This document shows positions 8,707 through 18,828 of a stretch of DNA of 64,000 bases, in pieces; positions within the stretch are counted from its first letter, which is position 1, and the number at the start of each line of letters is the position of its first letter. Origin of the DNA: an uncultured Clostridium sp. (GTDB lineage Bacteria > Bacillota > Clostridia > Lachnospirales > Lachnospiraceae); NCBI GenBank assembly GCA_964544135.1, contig CAZJAS010000002.1, positions 54,623 to 118,622 of the forward strand, in the 5' to 3' direction. The notes under the pieces are model-generated. The model saw nothing but the letters and a program-made list of their open reading frames with translations. It had not been told where the DNA came from and searched no databases. The position numbers and the translations under genes are program-made.

Positions 8707-10770
8707 CTATTTTTTATAATTAACTGCTACGGCATCAAATTTATGATAGAGTGCATTTTGATTTGCCAATTGCTTTACTGCATTGGTTCTCCTAGATACA
8801 AAGCCATCAAGCTTTTCCATATATTCCTCTTCGGTAATACTGCCATCTGCCACTAAAGTCAAGCCCTTTTCCCAGCTTGCGGTAAGTGCAGGTTCCAGCA
8901 AGGGCTTAATTGAGCTGTCCACCACATCATAAATCATTTCTCCCATCAGCGTAGGTGTTAAAATCTGTGTTTTCTTATTCAGTGCCAAATATTCTATATG
9001 TACTAATTTTTTAAGTATCTCCGCACGGGTTGCGGAAGTACCGATGCCTGAGCCTTTTATCTGTGCCCTTAAATCATCATCTTCAATTAATTGCCCTGCA
9101 TTTTCCATTGCAAGTATCATATTTCCTGAATTATATCGCTTAGGCGGTGAGGTTTCACCTTCCTTAATCACAAGCTCTTTCAGAGGTATACTGTCTCCCT
9201 TTTTTAAATGCTTCAGCTGCTCCATAAAAGCCTCATCGCATTTATTTTCTTCCTCTGTTTTTACGTCTTCCCCATTGTCCTCTTCACTTGTTTTAGCATT
9301 TGTTTTCTCAACCTTTTGGGTATCGATATCTTCCTTCTTTTTGATGAAGGAATATTGCATTATGGATAAATAACCTTCTTCAATCAATACCTTGAAATTA
9401 GAAAAGAATTTCTCTGCCTTCTGATCCACAATCATTGATACCTTTTGATATACGGCAGGGGGATAAAAAATACATAGAAAACGGCGTACGATTACTTCAT
9501 ATACCTTAGCGGATGTAGGTTTTAGGCCGGACAGTGCACCCAATCCCTGTCCTGTAGGAATAATGGCATAATGATCGGTGATCTGTTTATCGTTTACATA
9601 TCGGGTTTTTGTAATATTCTTATAACTTCCGCTTGCTATGATTTGTTCCGCGAAAGGAGCAGCAAGAGAATAATGTTTCAACCCGGCTAAGTTTTTGTAT
9701 ATTTCCTTGGCAACAGAAGTGGATAAAACTCTTGCATCTGTTCTCGGATAAGTAACCAGCTTTTTTTCATACAGTTCCTGTATAATCTGCAAGGTTTGAT
9801 CCGGACTGATTTTAAAGAATTTGGAACAATCATTTTGAAGCTCGGCCAGATTATATAGCAGGGGTGCATTTTTTACTTCTTTTTTCCGCTCTATGCTATG
9901 AACCACCGGCTCTTTCTTATCTTCTTCCTCTAATAGTAAAAAAGCTTTCAGCTCTTCTGCATGGATTCTCTCCTTGAAACCATTTTCTTTGTATAATAGC
10001 GGGGATTCGAAATACTTTGATCCCTGTACGGCACGCCATTCCCCTTCAAAGTCTTTCCCTGCGTATGAGAAGCTTCCCAATAGGCGGTAAAAGGGAGTTT
10101 TTACAAACATTCTGATTTCCCGTTCTCTGCTGACCACCATACCCAGCACACAGGTCATAACGCGTCCTACCGAAACAACTGCTCGGTCACGTTTTAAATA
10201 TCCCTTTATCGCATTCCCGTATTTTAAAGTCAGCACCCTGGAAAAATTGATACCCATGAGATAGTCTTCCTTCGCACGCAAATAGGCGGCTGCAGATAAA
10301 TTATCATATTCAGATAAATCCTTAGCTTCCCTGATTCCCCTCAAAATCTCATCTTCAGTTTGAGAGTCAATCCAAACTCTTCTTCGTTCCTTGCCTTTTA
10401 CTCCCGCCATCTGCTCTACCAGACGATATATATATTCTCCTTCCCGTCCCGAGTCGGTGCACACATAGATAAGGTCTACGTCTTTACGTAATAACAGATT
10501 TTTCACTATAGTAAACTGTTTTTTAACATTATCAATGACTTCGTACTTAAATTCTTTTGGTATAAAGGGAATAGTATCATAGGACCATCTTTTATAGATG
10601 GCATCATAGGCATCCGGATAGCTCATTGTCACCAAATGTCCCACACACCAGGTCACAATGGACTCTTCCGATTCCAGATACCCATCCTTCCCGGCCATAT
10701 TCTGTTTCAATGCTTTTGCGAATTCTCTTGCGACGCTTGGTTTCTCTGCTATATATAAACTCTTTCCCAC
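8707..10770 (-). CDS. topB: DNA topoisomerase III
   Basis: Toprim N-terminus (LYIAEKPS), type IA active-site region LVTYPRTDARVLS, about 690 aa. Confidence 0.85.
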   Translation of the reverse strand: MGKSLYIAEKPSVAREFAKALKQNMAGKDGYLESEESIVTWCVGHLVTMSYPDAYDAIYKRWSYDTIPFIPKEFKYEVIDNVKKQFTIVKNLLLRKDVDLIYVCTDSGREGEYIYRLVEQMAGVKGKERRRVWIDSQTEDEILRGIREAKDLSEYDNLSAAAYLRAKEDYLMGINFSRVLTLKYGNAIKGYLKRDRAVVSVGRVMTCVLGMVVSREREIRMFVKTPFYRLLGSFSYAGKDFEGEWRAVQGSKYFESPLLYKENGFKERIHAEELKAFLLLEEEDKKEPVVHSIERKKEVKNAPLLYNLAELQNDCSKFFKISPDQTLQIIQELYEKKLVTYPRTDARVLSTSVAKEIYKNLAGLKHYSLAAPFAEQIIASGSYKNITKTRYVNDKQITDHYAIIPTGQGLGALSGLKPTSAKVYEVIVRRFLCIFYPPAVYQKVSMIVDQKAEKFFSNFKVLIEEGYLSIMQYSFIKKKEDIDTQKVEKTNAKTSEEDNGEDVKTEEENKCDEAFMEQLKHLKKGDSIPLKELVIKEGETSPPKRYNSGNMILAMENAGQLIEDDDLRAQIKGSGIGTSATRAEILKKLVHIEYLALNKKTQILTPTLMGEMIYDVVDSSIKPLLEPALTASWEKGLTLVADGSITEEEYMEKLDGFVSRRTNAVKQLANQNALYHKFDAVAVNYKK

Positions 10771-10778
10771 TATTTCTC

Positions 10779-12143
10779 CTATAATTCATTCATAGAAACA
10801 AGAGTAAGATTTTTCTTTACCTTTGCTTCTAAATTTAGTTTTTCATCAAAACGACCTACGGAATATAAAAATACATATCCGGCATCCAATCTTGCTTTTC
10901 CTGCAAGATAGAGCAGTTTTTCATAATCGTCATAGGTCATTATCGGTTTATCATAATTGCATAGTGCTAAAAGAGTGTGTGCATCTTCATCCTGCAAAAT
11001 AATATCAATATTTCCTACCTTGCCTACCCACTCCCCTGCCCTGTCATATACAAAAGGCAGCATATGGCGTTCATTCATTTCTTCCATACGCTCCATACAA
11101 ACATCTTTAAAATATTCCGCAACATGTGTTTTTATTCCGGACTCAATATAGGTCAAATAAAAAGTGCTGGGTGCCTCTGCTTTTAAGCTGCTTAAATGCG
11201 GATACATAAATTTATAGTAAAAATGCACAAACCGGCTGCTGATGCGATAAATCCCCTTTTGTACATTGGCATGACCCTCTGTATCATAGGAATAAATCTT
11301 CTCCACTAATTCAAGCTCCATTAAATTCTTTAAATAAACACTTATTTTAGCTCTGGAAAATCCGGTATGCAGGTATAAATCGTTTAATTTATAGCAGCCA
11401 TTTGCAATCGATGCCAAAATCGTATTATAGACCGCTGTTTCACGAAGCTCTTCTGATAAGATTCTTTCTCCCTCGCTATAAAGAGGACTGGAAGCTGTCA
11501 ATAAATTATTTATTATATTTTGCTTTATTGTGATTTTATCGTTAAAATGCTTCCACAGACCGGGAATCCCACCAAAGATAGCATAGGCTTCAATACATTG
11601 CTGCTTATTAAAACCCGGAAAAAAATCCACACAATCCCTGAATTTTAATTCCTTCACCTTTAAAAGACCTGACAATTCATAGGCTGCTTCTCCGATTTTT
11701 TGAATCATGCTGTTTTCCACCCAGCTAACCGAAGAGCTACAGAAAATAACCAGCACCTGTTTTCTGTTCCATTGCTTATGTACAAAGGAAATCAATTCCT
11801 TCATAAAAGAGGTTCCGGCTTTAATCATATATTGAAACTCATCTATTACAATGACTTTTTTACCTTCATGTTTATGTGTAATGGCAGTGAAAATTTCTTC
11901 ATAGGCAGGATATTTTGATACTCTTATCCCTTCCTCTGCCAATTCACCTCCCCACTGATAGACCTGTTCTTTTTCGGAACAGGAGCGCGCCATATAAAAG
12001 CTTACGGGTTTTCCCTGAGAAAATTCCCTGATAAGCGATTTCTTTCCAATATTTCTTTGACCATAAACCACTACAATCTGACTGCCATCCCTATCATAAT
12101 AGTAATTTAGCTGCTTTAATTCTGCGCTGCGTCCTAACAGCAT
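10779..12143 (-). CDS. AAA-type ATPase (Arch_ATPase/DUF234-like), function unknown
   Basis: Walker A-like GQRNIGKKS, Walker B VIVIDEFQ, C-terminal winged-helix/DUF234-like region. Confidence 0.6.
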   Translation of the reverse strand: MLLGRSAELKQLNYYYDRDGSQIVVVYGQRNIGKKSLIREFSQGKPVSFYMARSCSEKEQVYQWGGELAEEGIRVSKYPAYEEIFTAITHKHEGKKVIVIDEFQYMIKAGTSFMKELISFVHKQWNRKQVLVIFCSSSVSWVENSMIQKIGEAAYELSGLLKVKELKFRDCVDFFPGFNKQQCIEAYAIFGGIPGLWKHFNDKITIKQNIINNLLTASSPLYSEGERILSEELRETAVYNTILASIANGCYKLNDLYLHTGFSRAKISVYLKNLMELELVEKIYSYDTEGHANVQKGIYRISSRFVHFYYKFMYPHLSSLKAEAPSTFYLTYIESGIKTHVAEYFKDVCMERMEEMNERHMLPFVYDRAGEWVGKVGNIDIILQDEDAHTLLALCNYDKPIMTYDDYEKLLYLAGKARLDAGYVFLYSVGRFDEKLNLEAKVKKNLTLVSMNEL

Positions 12144-12158
12144 AGTATTTCCCCCATT

Positions 12159-13895
12159 TTACAATTGCTTTATCAATAATTGTTCTATATCCTCTTCCGC
12201 CATGGGTCTGCCTAACAAAAATCCCTGAATCACGTCACAGCCGATCTGATTCATATAGGCGAGCTGTTCTTTTGTTTCCACACCCTCTGCTACCGATTCA
12301 TAACCTAATTTATTAACCATAGTAACGATTGATTCTGTTATAATCCTATTGGAATCATCCGTACATACCTTATCTATAAAGCTTTTGTCAATCTTAAGCG
12401 TGTCTATGGGTAATCCGTTTAAATAGGACAGGGATGAAAAGCCGGTTCCAAAATCATCTAACGATATTCTGACACCATAGTCCCTGAGAGCAACTAATTT
12501 CTCTTTTACCTCGGTAAAATCTTCTATCAAAACGCTCTCCGTTATTTCCAGTTCTATTTCATTGGGTAAAACATCATATTTTTGAATCATTCCAATTAAT
12601 TTTTCCACAAAATCCTTGCGTTTATATTGGATAGAGGAAATATTAATTGACATTATCAAAGGATGTCCATACTTACGCTTCCATTCCGCATAATGCCTTA
12701 TGCTTTCTTCCATGACCCAGTTTCCGATAGGAATAATCGTGCCGTTCTTTTCAGCTATGGGTATGAATATGGATGGACTTATCATTTTATTATCTTCAAC
12801 CTTCCAGCGTATCAGAGCTTCTACTCCCCGCAACCTATGAGAATCATTATAATACTGGGGTTGAAAATGCAAACAGAAGTTTTTATTAAATACTGCATCC
12901 TTAAGTCTATTCTCAATATCTACCGTTTGTAGAAACTCGTGTAAAATAGGTGCATTAAAGTACTGGATAGATGCTTTACCGTTTGTTTTTGCTTTAAACA
13001 TAACAATTTCCGCACAATTAATCAGCTCTAATGCCGTTCTGGAGGCTTCCGGATATTCAGCCACTCCAACGCTCACAGTAAGCCTGATATCCATTCCATT
13101 GCTTAAAACAAATCCTTTTGCAATTCTCTCCTGAATGCTTTTATATATATGTTCCACGCTTCTGATCCCACAGGGATCATAAATAGCCATACAATAAATA
13201 TCACGGTTCATATGACAAACAATCACATTTTCATTGGAAAAGGTTCCCAGGAATTGCCCATACTGCTGCACTACCTCATCACCGACGATTAATCCCATTC
13301 CGTCATTAATTTTCCTGAAATCATCAATGTCAATAAACAGAACACTGATTATACTCTGCTCATCTTCTGCACGCCTTACAAATTCACCCAAAAGCTTCAC
13401 AAAATAGTTTCGATTATAAAGACCTGTCAAGCCGTCATAATAAGCCATATATTTAAGCTCTTCATTCTGCGTCTTAAACTTGGTGATATCTCTGATGCAG
13501 ACAATTTTATCCGTTGGATTTCCTGATTCATCATAGTTAATTCTTGTTTCAAACTCCAGCCACACTCTGCCGTTCTTTAAACGGCATTCCACACTCCCGC
13601 GTTCACTTCCCGTTTTCTCTAAAAATAATATATCCCGCACAGCCATGATATAATTATCTTCTAACTCATCAAAAATAAGGGGAATCTCTTTGACTTCTTT
13701 GACTCTAAAATTAAAATGTGTATCCCAATTTCCAAGTGTTACTACTTCATTTTTATCAAAACCGTAATATAAGAAGGCATTATTTGATGTATCGCAAATC
13801 AAACGAAACATTTTGTCACGCCCATTTAATTTTTGATTCATTGCTTTTAACAAATCCATCTGATACCGCAGTTCGTCCATCTCTAATGCCTCCAA
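12159..13895 (-). CDS. PAS-GGDEF(degenerate)-EAL protein, predicted c-di-GMP phosphodiesterase
   Basis: EAL motifs intact (EALIRW, DDFGTGFSSLSYL, KIDKSF, EGVET, QGFLLGRP); GGDEF signature position reads NRDIY; TTG start. Confidence 0.8.
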   Translation of the reverse strand: MEALEMDELRYQMDLLKAMNQKLNGRDKMFRLICDTSNNAFLYYGFDKNEVVTLGNWDTHFNFRVKEVKEIPLIFDELEDNYIMAVRDILFLEKTGSERGSVECRLKNGRVWLEFETRINYDESGNPTDKIVCIRDITKFKTQNEELKYMAYYDGLTGLYNRNYFVKLLGEFVRRAEDEQSIISVLFIDIDDFRKINDGMGLIVGDEVVQQYGQFLGTFSNENVIVCHMNRDIYCMAIYDPCGIRSVEHIYKSIQERIAKGFVLSNGMDIRLTVSVGVAEYPEASRTALELINCAEIVMFKAKTNGKASIQYFNAPILHEFLQTVDIENRLKDAVFNKNFCLHFQPQYYNDSHRLRGVEALIRWKVEDNKMISPSIFIPIAEKNGTIIPIGNWVMEESIRHYAEWKRKYGHPLIMSINISSIQYKRKDFVEKLIGMIQKYDVLPNEIELEITESVLIEDFTEVKEKLVALRDYGVRISLDDFGTGFSSLSYLNGLPIDTLKIDKSFIDKVCTDDSNRIITESIVTMVNKLGYESVAEGVETKEQLAYMNQIGCDVIQGFLLGRPMAEEDIEQLLIKQL

Positions 13896-13921
13896 TATTG
13901 CTGTTCTTAATTATTGTCATA

Positions 13922-15007
13922 CTATTTTTTTGCGATATATCCCTGTACTTTTAAAAGCTCAGCGCATAATACAGCTCCTCCGGCTGCTCCACGCACTGTA
14001 TTGTGGGATAATCCCACAAATTTCCAGTCATATACACTATCCTCACGTATACGCCCCACACTGACTCCCATTCCATGTTCATAATTAACATCCATACTGA
14101 CCTGAGGGCGGTTATCTTCTTCTAAGTATTGAATGAACTGTTTGGGTGCAGAAGGCAGGTCAAGCTCCTGAGGAACCCCTTTGAATGTAACCAGCTTTTC
14201 AATCAACTGCTCTTTTGTGGGTTTTTTCTTAAACTTTACAAAAACCGCTGCTGTATGTCCGTCTAATACCGGTACACGGATACACTGGCAGGTAATTACA
14301 GGTGATTGAGCCGGTACGATAACACCGTCCTTAACTTCACCCCAGATACGAAGAGGCTCTTTTTCGGATTTTTCTTCTTCTCCACCGATATAAGGAATGA
14401 TATTACCTAACATCTCCGGCCATTCCTTAAAGGTCTTGCTTGCACCTGAAATTGCCTGATAGGTAGTTGCCACCACTTCATAGGGCTCGAATTCCTTCCA
14501 AGCATTCAGTACCGGTGCATAACTCTGGATTGAGCAGTTGGGTTTTACAGCCACAAAGCCTCTTGTGGTCCCCAGACGCTTTTTCTGAAACTCGATTACC
14601 TTCATATGCTCGGGGTTGATTTCAGGTACTACCATGGGTACATCAGGTGTCCATCTATGCGCGCTGTTGTTAGATACCACCGGTGTTTCGGTCTTTGCAT
14701 ATGCATCTTCAATAGCTTGTATTTCTTCTTTCCCCATGTCAACGGCACTGAACACAAAATCTACCTGTGCCGCCACCTTTTCTACTTCATTTACATTCAT
14801 AATTTCAATGTTTTTTACTTTTTCAGGCATGGGCTCTTGCATCTTCCATTTGTCGCCCACTACTTCCCCATATGTTCTCCCTGCAGAACGGGAACTTGCT
14901 GCAATGGCGGTCACCTCAAACCATGGATGATTATCTAACAGAGATATAAAACGCTGTCCTACCATACCTGTGCCGCCCAAAATTCCGACTTTTAATTTTT
15001 CACACAT
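13922..15007 (-). CDS. asd: aspartate-semialdehyde dehydrogenase
   Basis: GGTGMVGQRF Rossmann N-terminus, active-site NCSIQ region, about 360 aa. Confidence 0.85.
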   Translation of the reverse strand: MCEKLKVGILGGTGMVGQRFISLLDNHPWFEVTAIAASSRSAGRTYGEVVGDKWKMQEPMPEKVKNIEIMNVNEVEKVAAQVDFVFSAVDMGKEEIQAIEDAYAKTETPVVSNNSAHRWTPDVPMVVPEINPEHMKVIEFQKKRLGTTRGFVAVKPNCSIQSYAPVLNAWKEFEPYEVVATTYQAISGASKTFKEWPEMLGNIIPYIGGEEEKSEKEPLRIWGEVKDGVIVPAQSPVITCQCIRVPVLDGHTAAVFVKFKKKPTKEQLIEKLVTFKGVPQELDLPSAPKQFIQYLEEDNRPQVSMDVNYEHGMGVSVGRIREDSVYDWKFVGLSHNTVRGAAGGAVLCAELLKVQGYIAKK

Positions 15008-15026
15008 AATTCTCTCCTCATTTCTA

Positions 15027-16415
15027 TTATATTTTCCATTCTTCAGCTATATATTCTTTATTGATTTTAATAACTTCTTTCATGGCCATTGAACCCGGCG
15101 CTCCCAGTGTCAGACGTTTTTCCACACAGATTTTTAAACTTACAGCATCATAAATATCCGGTTCAAATTTATCACTAACCGATTTTAGCTCATCCATACT
15201 AAGAAGGTCAATACTTTTTTCTTTTTCAATACAGTAAAGCACTAATTTACCTATTATACTATGGGCATCTCTAAAAGGCACGCCTCTATTCACCAAGTAA
15301 TCCGCCGCATCGGTTGCATTCGTAAAACCGTTCATTGCACTTTTTGCCATAATATCCTTGTTGAACTTCATGGTTTGTATCATTCCGGTAAATAATTCTG
15401 TACAAGTTTCCACCGTATTGATGGCATCAAAGGTCAATTCCTTATCCTCCTGCATATCTTTATTATATGCTAAGGGAAGGCCTTTCATTGTGGTAAGCAA
15501 TGCCATCAGAGCACCGTATACCCTGCCGGTTTTACCTCTTACCAGCTCGGCAATATCAGGGTTCTTCTTTTGTGGCATAATACTGCTCCCCGTTGAAAAA
15601 GTGTCGTCTATTTCTATAAAACGGTATTCATCGGAATTCCATATGATAATTTCCTCTGAGAATCGGGAAAGATGCATCATAATCGTGGAAAGCGCCGATA
15701 AAAACTCTATGAGATAATCCCTGTCCGACACGGAATCCATACTGTTTAATGTAGGACCTTCAAATCCGAGCAAAGAAGCCGTATAATTCCGATCTAAGGG
15801 ATAGGTGGTCCCTGCAAGTGCACCCGAACCTAAGGGGCAATAATTCATCCTGACATAAATATCCTTAAGACGCATCCTATCACGTTTAAACATCTCAAAA
15901 TAGGCTCCGAAATGATGTGCCAAGGTTACCGGCTGCGCCTTCTGCAGATGGGTAAAACCCGGCATATAGGTATCCAGATTTTCTTCCATAACCTGCAATA
16001 TTGCATGGAGCAAATCCTTTAGAATATTATCGATAATAAGCACATGTGCTCTTGTATATAACCGCATGTCCAAGGCTACCTGATCATTTCTGCTGCGTCC
16101 TGTATGTAGCTTCTTACCCGCATCCCCAATCCTGCTGATTAAGGTTGCTTCCACAAAACTATGAATATCCTCTTGTGATTCGTCTATAAAAAGCCTGCCG
16201 CTTTCCACATCCTCACGGATGCCCGCCAGACCTTTTACTATGGCATCTTTTTCGTCAGGTGTTAATATCCCCTGCTTTCCTAACATCACCGCATGGGCAA
16301 CGCTGCCTTCAATATCCTGTACAAATAAGTTTTTATCAAAGCTGATAGACGCGTTAAAATCAAAGACCTTTTGATCTGTGGCTTTCGTAAAACGCCCTCC
16401 CCATAACTGTGCCAT
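15027..16415 (-). CDS. argH: argininosuccinate lyase
   Basis: MAQLWGGRF start, fumarase/lyase signature GSSIMPQKKNPD. Confidence 0.9.
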   Translation of the reverse strand: MAQLWGGRFTKATDQKVFDFNASISFDKNLFVQDIEGSVAHAVMLGKQGILTPDEKDAIVKGLAGIREDVESGRLFIDESQEDIHSFVEATLISRIGDAGKKLHTGRSRNDQVALDMRLYTRAHVLIIDNILKDLLHAILQVMEENLDTYMPGFTHLQKAQPVTLAHHFGAYFEMFKRDRMRLKDIYVRMNYCPLGSGALAGTTYPLDRNYTASLLGFEGPTLNSMDSVSDRDYLIEFLSALSTIMMHLSRFSEEIIIWNSDEYRFIEIDDTFSTGSSIMPQKKNPDIAELVRGKTGRVYGALMALLTTMKGLPLAYNKDMQEDKELTFDAINTVETCTELFTGMIQTMKFNKDIMAKSAMNGFTNATDAADYLVNRGVPFRDAHSIIGKLVLYCIEKEKSIDLLSMDELKSVSDKFEPDIYDAVSLKICVEKRLTLGAPGSMAMKEVIKINKEYIAEEWKI

Positions 16416-16555
16416 AAATTTCCCTCCGTAAAGTTAAATCTAAATTTGATGGTAACATAAAAACGGCTTTGTTGCAATACAGCGAACCAAATATCTTTAC
16501 ACCATTCTACTTATTTTTCATAGAATAATAATAAAACAGGAAAGGAATTTTTTCC

Positions 16556-17335
16556 ATGCCGGAATCTCTGCTGCAATTAAAAAACATCTGCTACTCATAT
16601 CACAGTCTGCAGATAGAAACGCCGGCTCTTTTGAATGTATCCTTTCATATTGACCCGGGAGAATTCGTTGCCATTGTAGGTCCCAGCGGTTGTGGCAAGT
16701 CTACACTGCTGTCAATTATAGCAGGTTTGCTTACTCCTGAAGAAGGCACAATTGTTTTTCGCAATCCTGACGGTTCCTTAAACTATCCTCAAATAGGATA
16801 TATGCTTCAAAGAGACCATTTATTTGAATGGCGCACTGTCTATCAAAATGCTATTTTAGGATTGGAAGTGGCTCGTAAACTTACAAAAGAAAACACAGAC
16901 AGAGTACTTGAAATGATGACGGATTATGATTTATACAAATTTAAAGATAAAAAACCTAGCGAACTATCCGGCGGCATGAAGCAGCGGGCGGCTCTTATCA
17001 GAACTCTTGCTCTTAATCCTCAGTTGCTCTTATTGGATGAGCCCTTCAGTGCCCTAGATTACCAGACCAGACTCATGGTCAGTGCTGATATTTGTCGTAT
17101 CATCCGTAAAACGGGGAAAACTGCTATTTTGATTACCCATGATCTATCAGAAGCAATCAGTCTGGCAGATCGGATCATCATATTAAGCCAACGCCCCGCT
17201 ACCGTAAAGTTTGAAGTTCCTATTCACCTTACACTGCCGGATGATTCCTCCTTAGCTTCCAGAAACGCCCCGGAATTCAGTTATTATTTTAATCTATTAT
17301 GGGAGGCGTTGTCTGATGAAAAAAAAGAAATCTAG
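16556..17335 (+). CDS. ABC transporter ATP-binding protein (NitT/TauT-like)
   Basis: Walker A GPSGCGKST, signature LSGGMKQR, Walker B LLLLDEPF. Confidence 0.8.
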   Translation: MPESLLQLKNICYSYHSLQIETPALLNVSFHIDPGEFVAIVGPSGCGKSTLLSIIAGLLTPEEGTIVFRNPDGSLNYPQIGYMLQRDHLFEWRTVYQNAILGLEVARKLTKENTDRVLEMMTDYDLYKFKDKKPSELSGGMKQRAALIRTLALNPQLLLLDEPFSALDYQTRLMVSADICRIIRKTGKTAILITHDLSEAISLADRIIILSQRPATVKFEVPIHLTLPDDSSLASRNAPEFSYYFNLLWEALSDEKKEI

Positions 17336-18140
17336 CACAGTAACGGAATTATCACGGCAGGAAAAATTTATCAGAAATCATAAACGATACCACAATAAAA
17401 TATCTACCTGTCGTTTTCTTATTTTTATATCTTTTCTTATTTTATGGGAAACTGCTGCGAATTTAGGTTGGATAGACTCTTTTTTCTTTTCCAGCCCATC
17501 CAGGGTTCTCCTTTGTTTTTTTGATTTAGTTATGAAGAAATCTCTGTTTATGCATATCGGTATTACTTTGTATGAAACACTTTTAAGTTTCTTATTGGTC
17601 ATTGTAGTCGGAATGGGTGCTGCCACACTGCTTTGGTACTCTACCGGTATTTCCGAAATTTTAGAACCTTATCTGGTTGTGCTAAACAGTCTTCCGAAAT
17701 CGGCTTTGGCACCGCTGTTCATTGTTTGGCTGGGAACAGGAACCACAACTATAATCGTGGCGGGTATCTCCGTTGCTGTATTTGGCTCCATTATCAGCTT
17801 ATATACCGGCTTTAAGCATGTGGACAATGAAAAAATAACCTTGATTCATACTCTGGGCGGAAATAAAAAGGATGCTTTTCTCAAGGTCGTACTGCCTGGC
17901 AGTATCCCAACCATCCTAAGTACTATGAAGGTAAATATAGGGCTTGCACTGGTTGGCGTTATCATAGGTGAATTCCTGGCTGCCAGAAGAGGACTTGGCT
18001 ATTTGATTATTTACGGCTCACAAGTCTTCCAAATGAATATGGTAATTACCTCCATCATTCTTTTGTGCATCATTGCAATGGCCTTGTATATGGGGATACA
18101 GTGGGCGGAACATTTTTATAAAAAACATCTTAATCTTTAA
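17316..18140 (+). CDS. ABC transporter permease (NitT/TauT-like)
   Basis: Six-TM BPD-type permease overlapping the ATPase gene by 20 nt. Confidence 0.75.
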   Translation: MKKKKSSTVTELSRQEKFIRNHKRYHNKISTCRFLIFISFLILWETAANLGWIDSFFFSSPSRVLLCFFDLVMKKSLFMHIGITLYETLLSFLLVIVVGMGAATLLWYSTGISEILEPYLVVLNSLPKSALAPLFIVWLGTGTTTIIVAGISVAVFGSIISLYTGFKHVDNEKITLIHTLGGNKKDAFLKVVLPGSIPTILSTMKVNIGLALVGVIIGEFLAARRGLGYLIIYGSQVFQMNMVITSIILLCIIAMALYMGIQWAEHFYKKHLNL

Positions 18141-18159
18141 TTTATTACGATACAGATAC

Positions 18160-18190
18160 AAAAAAACGGGAAACCTCGTCTCCCGTTTTA
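18160..18190. terminator. bidirectional intrinsic terminator
   Basis: aaaacggga-loop-tcccgtttt hairpin between convergent genes. Confidence 0.55.
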
Positions 18191-18199
18191 CATAATAGT

Positions 18200-18535
18200 T
18201 TATTTATTAGCAGAAATTTCGCGAAGTGCGATTGAAATAGATTCCTTTACCGTAGCATCGGTTTCTTTTCCTGAACGATGCAATAAGTAAGTCTTGCAAT
18301 ACTCCGTTCCCATTTTCCCCAAACACAGTGCTGCTGCACTTCTGATTTCCGGATTATCATGGTCTATGCTATGCGCTACTGTATTTACCGAATCTTCGTC
18401 TTTGATATTCCCCAGAGCTTCCATAGCTGCCTTTACAATCTCTAAATCTTTTGAATTTAGAAATTTAATCACTTTGGCTGATTTTCTTTTTTCTTCAAGT
18501 TTTTTAATCTTTTGTAATGTACGACTGTTGTCCAT
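18200..18535 (-). CDS. HEAT-repeat protein
   Basis: PBS-lyase/HEAT-like repeats (AAMEALGNIKDEDSV..., NPEIRSAAALCLGKMG). Confidence 0.6.
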   Translation of the reverse strand: MDNSRTLQKIKKLEEKRKSAKVIKFLNSKDLEIVKAAMEALGNIKDEDSVNTVAHSIDHDNPEIRSAAALCLGKMGTEYCKTYLLHRSGKETDATVKESISIALREISANK

Positions 18536-18714
18536 TTTAATACCTTCTTTCGTGTTAATTTTATATGTTTCTATTAATAATAAACTAAATTCAAATTAAT
18601 TACAATTAAAATAGTATAAATTTTATATTATCACTAGTATTGTCAGTTAACTTTTTTTTGAATTATTATAGAATCTCTCAAAGCGTTTTTTAAATAGTGA
18701 GCTTTCCAAAAATA

Positions 18715-18748
18715 AGAAAGCCTTAGAAAATAATTTCTAAGGCTTTCT
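18715..18748 (-). terminator. intrinsic terminator after tRNA-Thr (perfect 15-bp stem)
   Basis: agaaagccttagaaa-ataa-tttctaaggctttct; T-run follows on the minus strand, and also on the plus strand. Confidence 0.75.
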
Positions 18749-18755
18749 TTTTAAG

Positions 18756-18828
18756 AGCTGAAAAAGGGACTCGAACCCTCGACCCCTTCATTACGAGTGA
18801 AGTACTCTACCAACTGAGCTATTTCAGC
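18756..18828 (-). tRNA. tRNA-Thr (anticodon CGT)
   Basis: Folded by hand: acceptor GCTGAAA/TTTCAGC, D arm GCTC-AGTTGGTA-GAGT, anticodon arm CTTCA-CTCGTAA-TGAAG, T arm GAGGG-TTCGAGT-CCCTT; 73 nt, no encoded CCA. Confidence 0.9.

Noticed and set aside
8707-12143. ATPase plus topoisomerase III (and the UvrD-like helicase at 55442) as an anti-phage defence system
   Set aside because: There are no associated nuclease, methylase, Toprim-OLD, reverse transcriptase or other effector genes. The flanks are core metabolism and there are no signs of an island (no integrase, no tRNA-adjacent boundary, no repeats).
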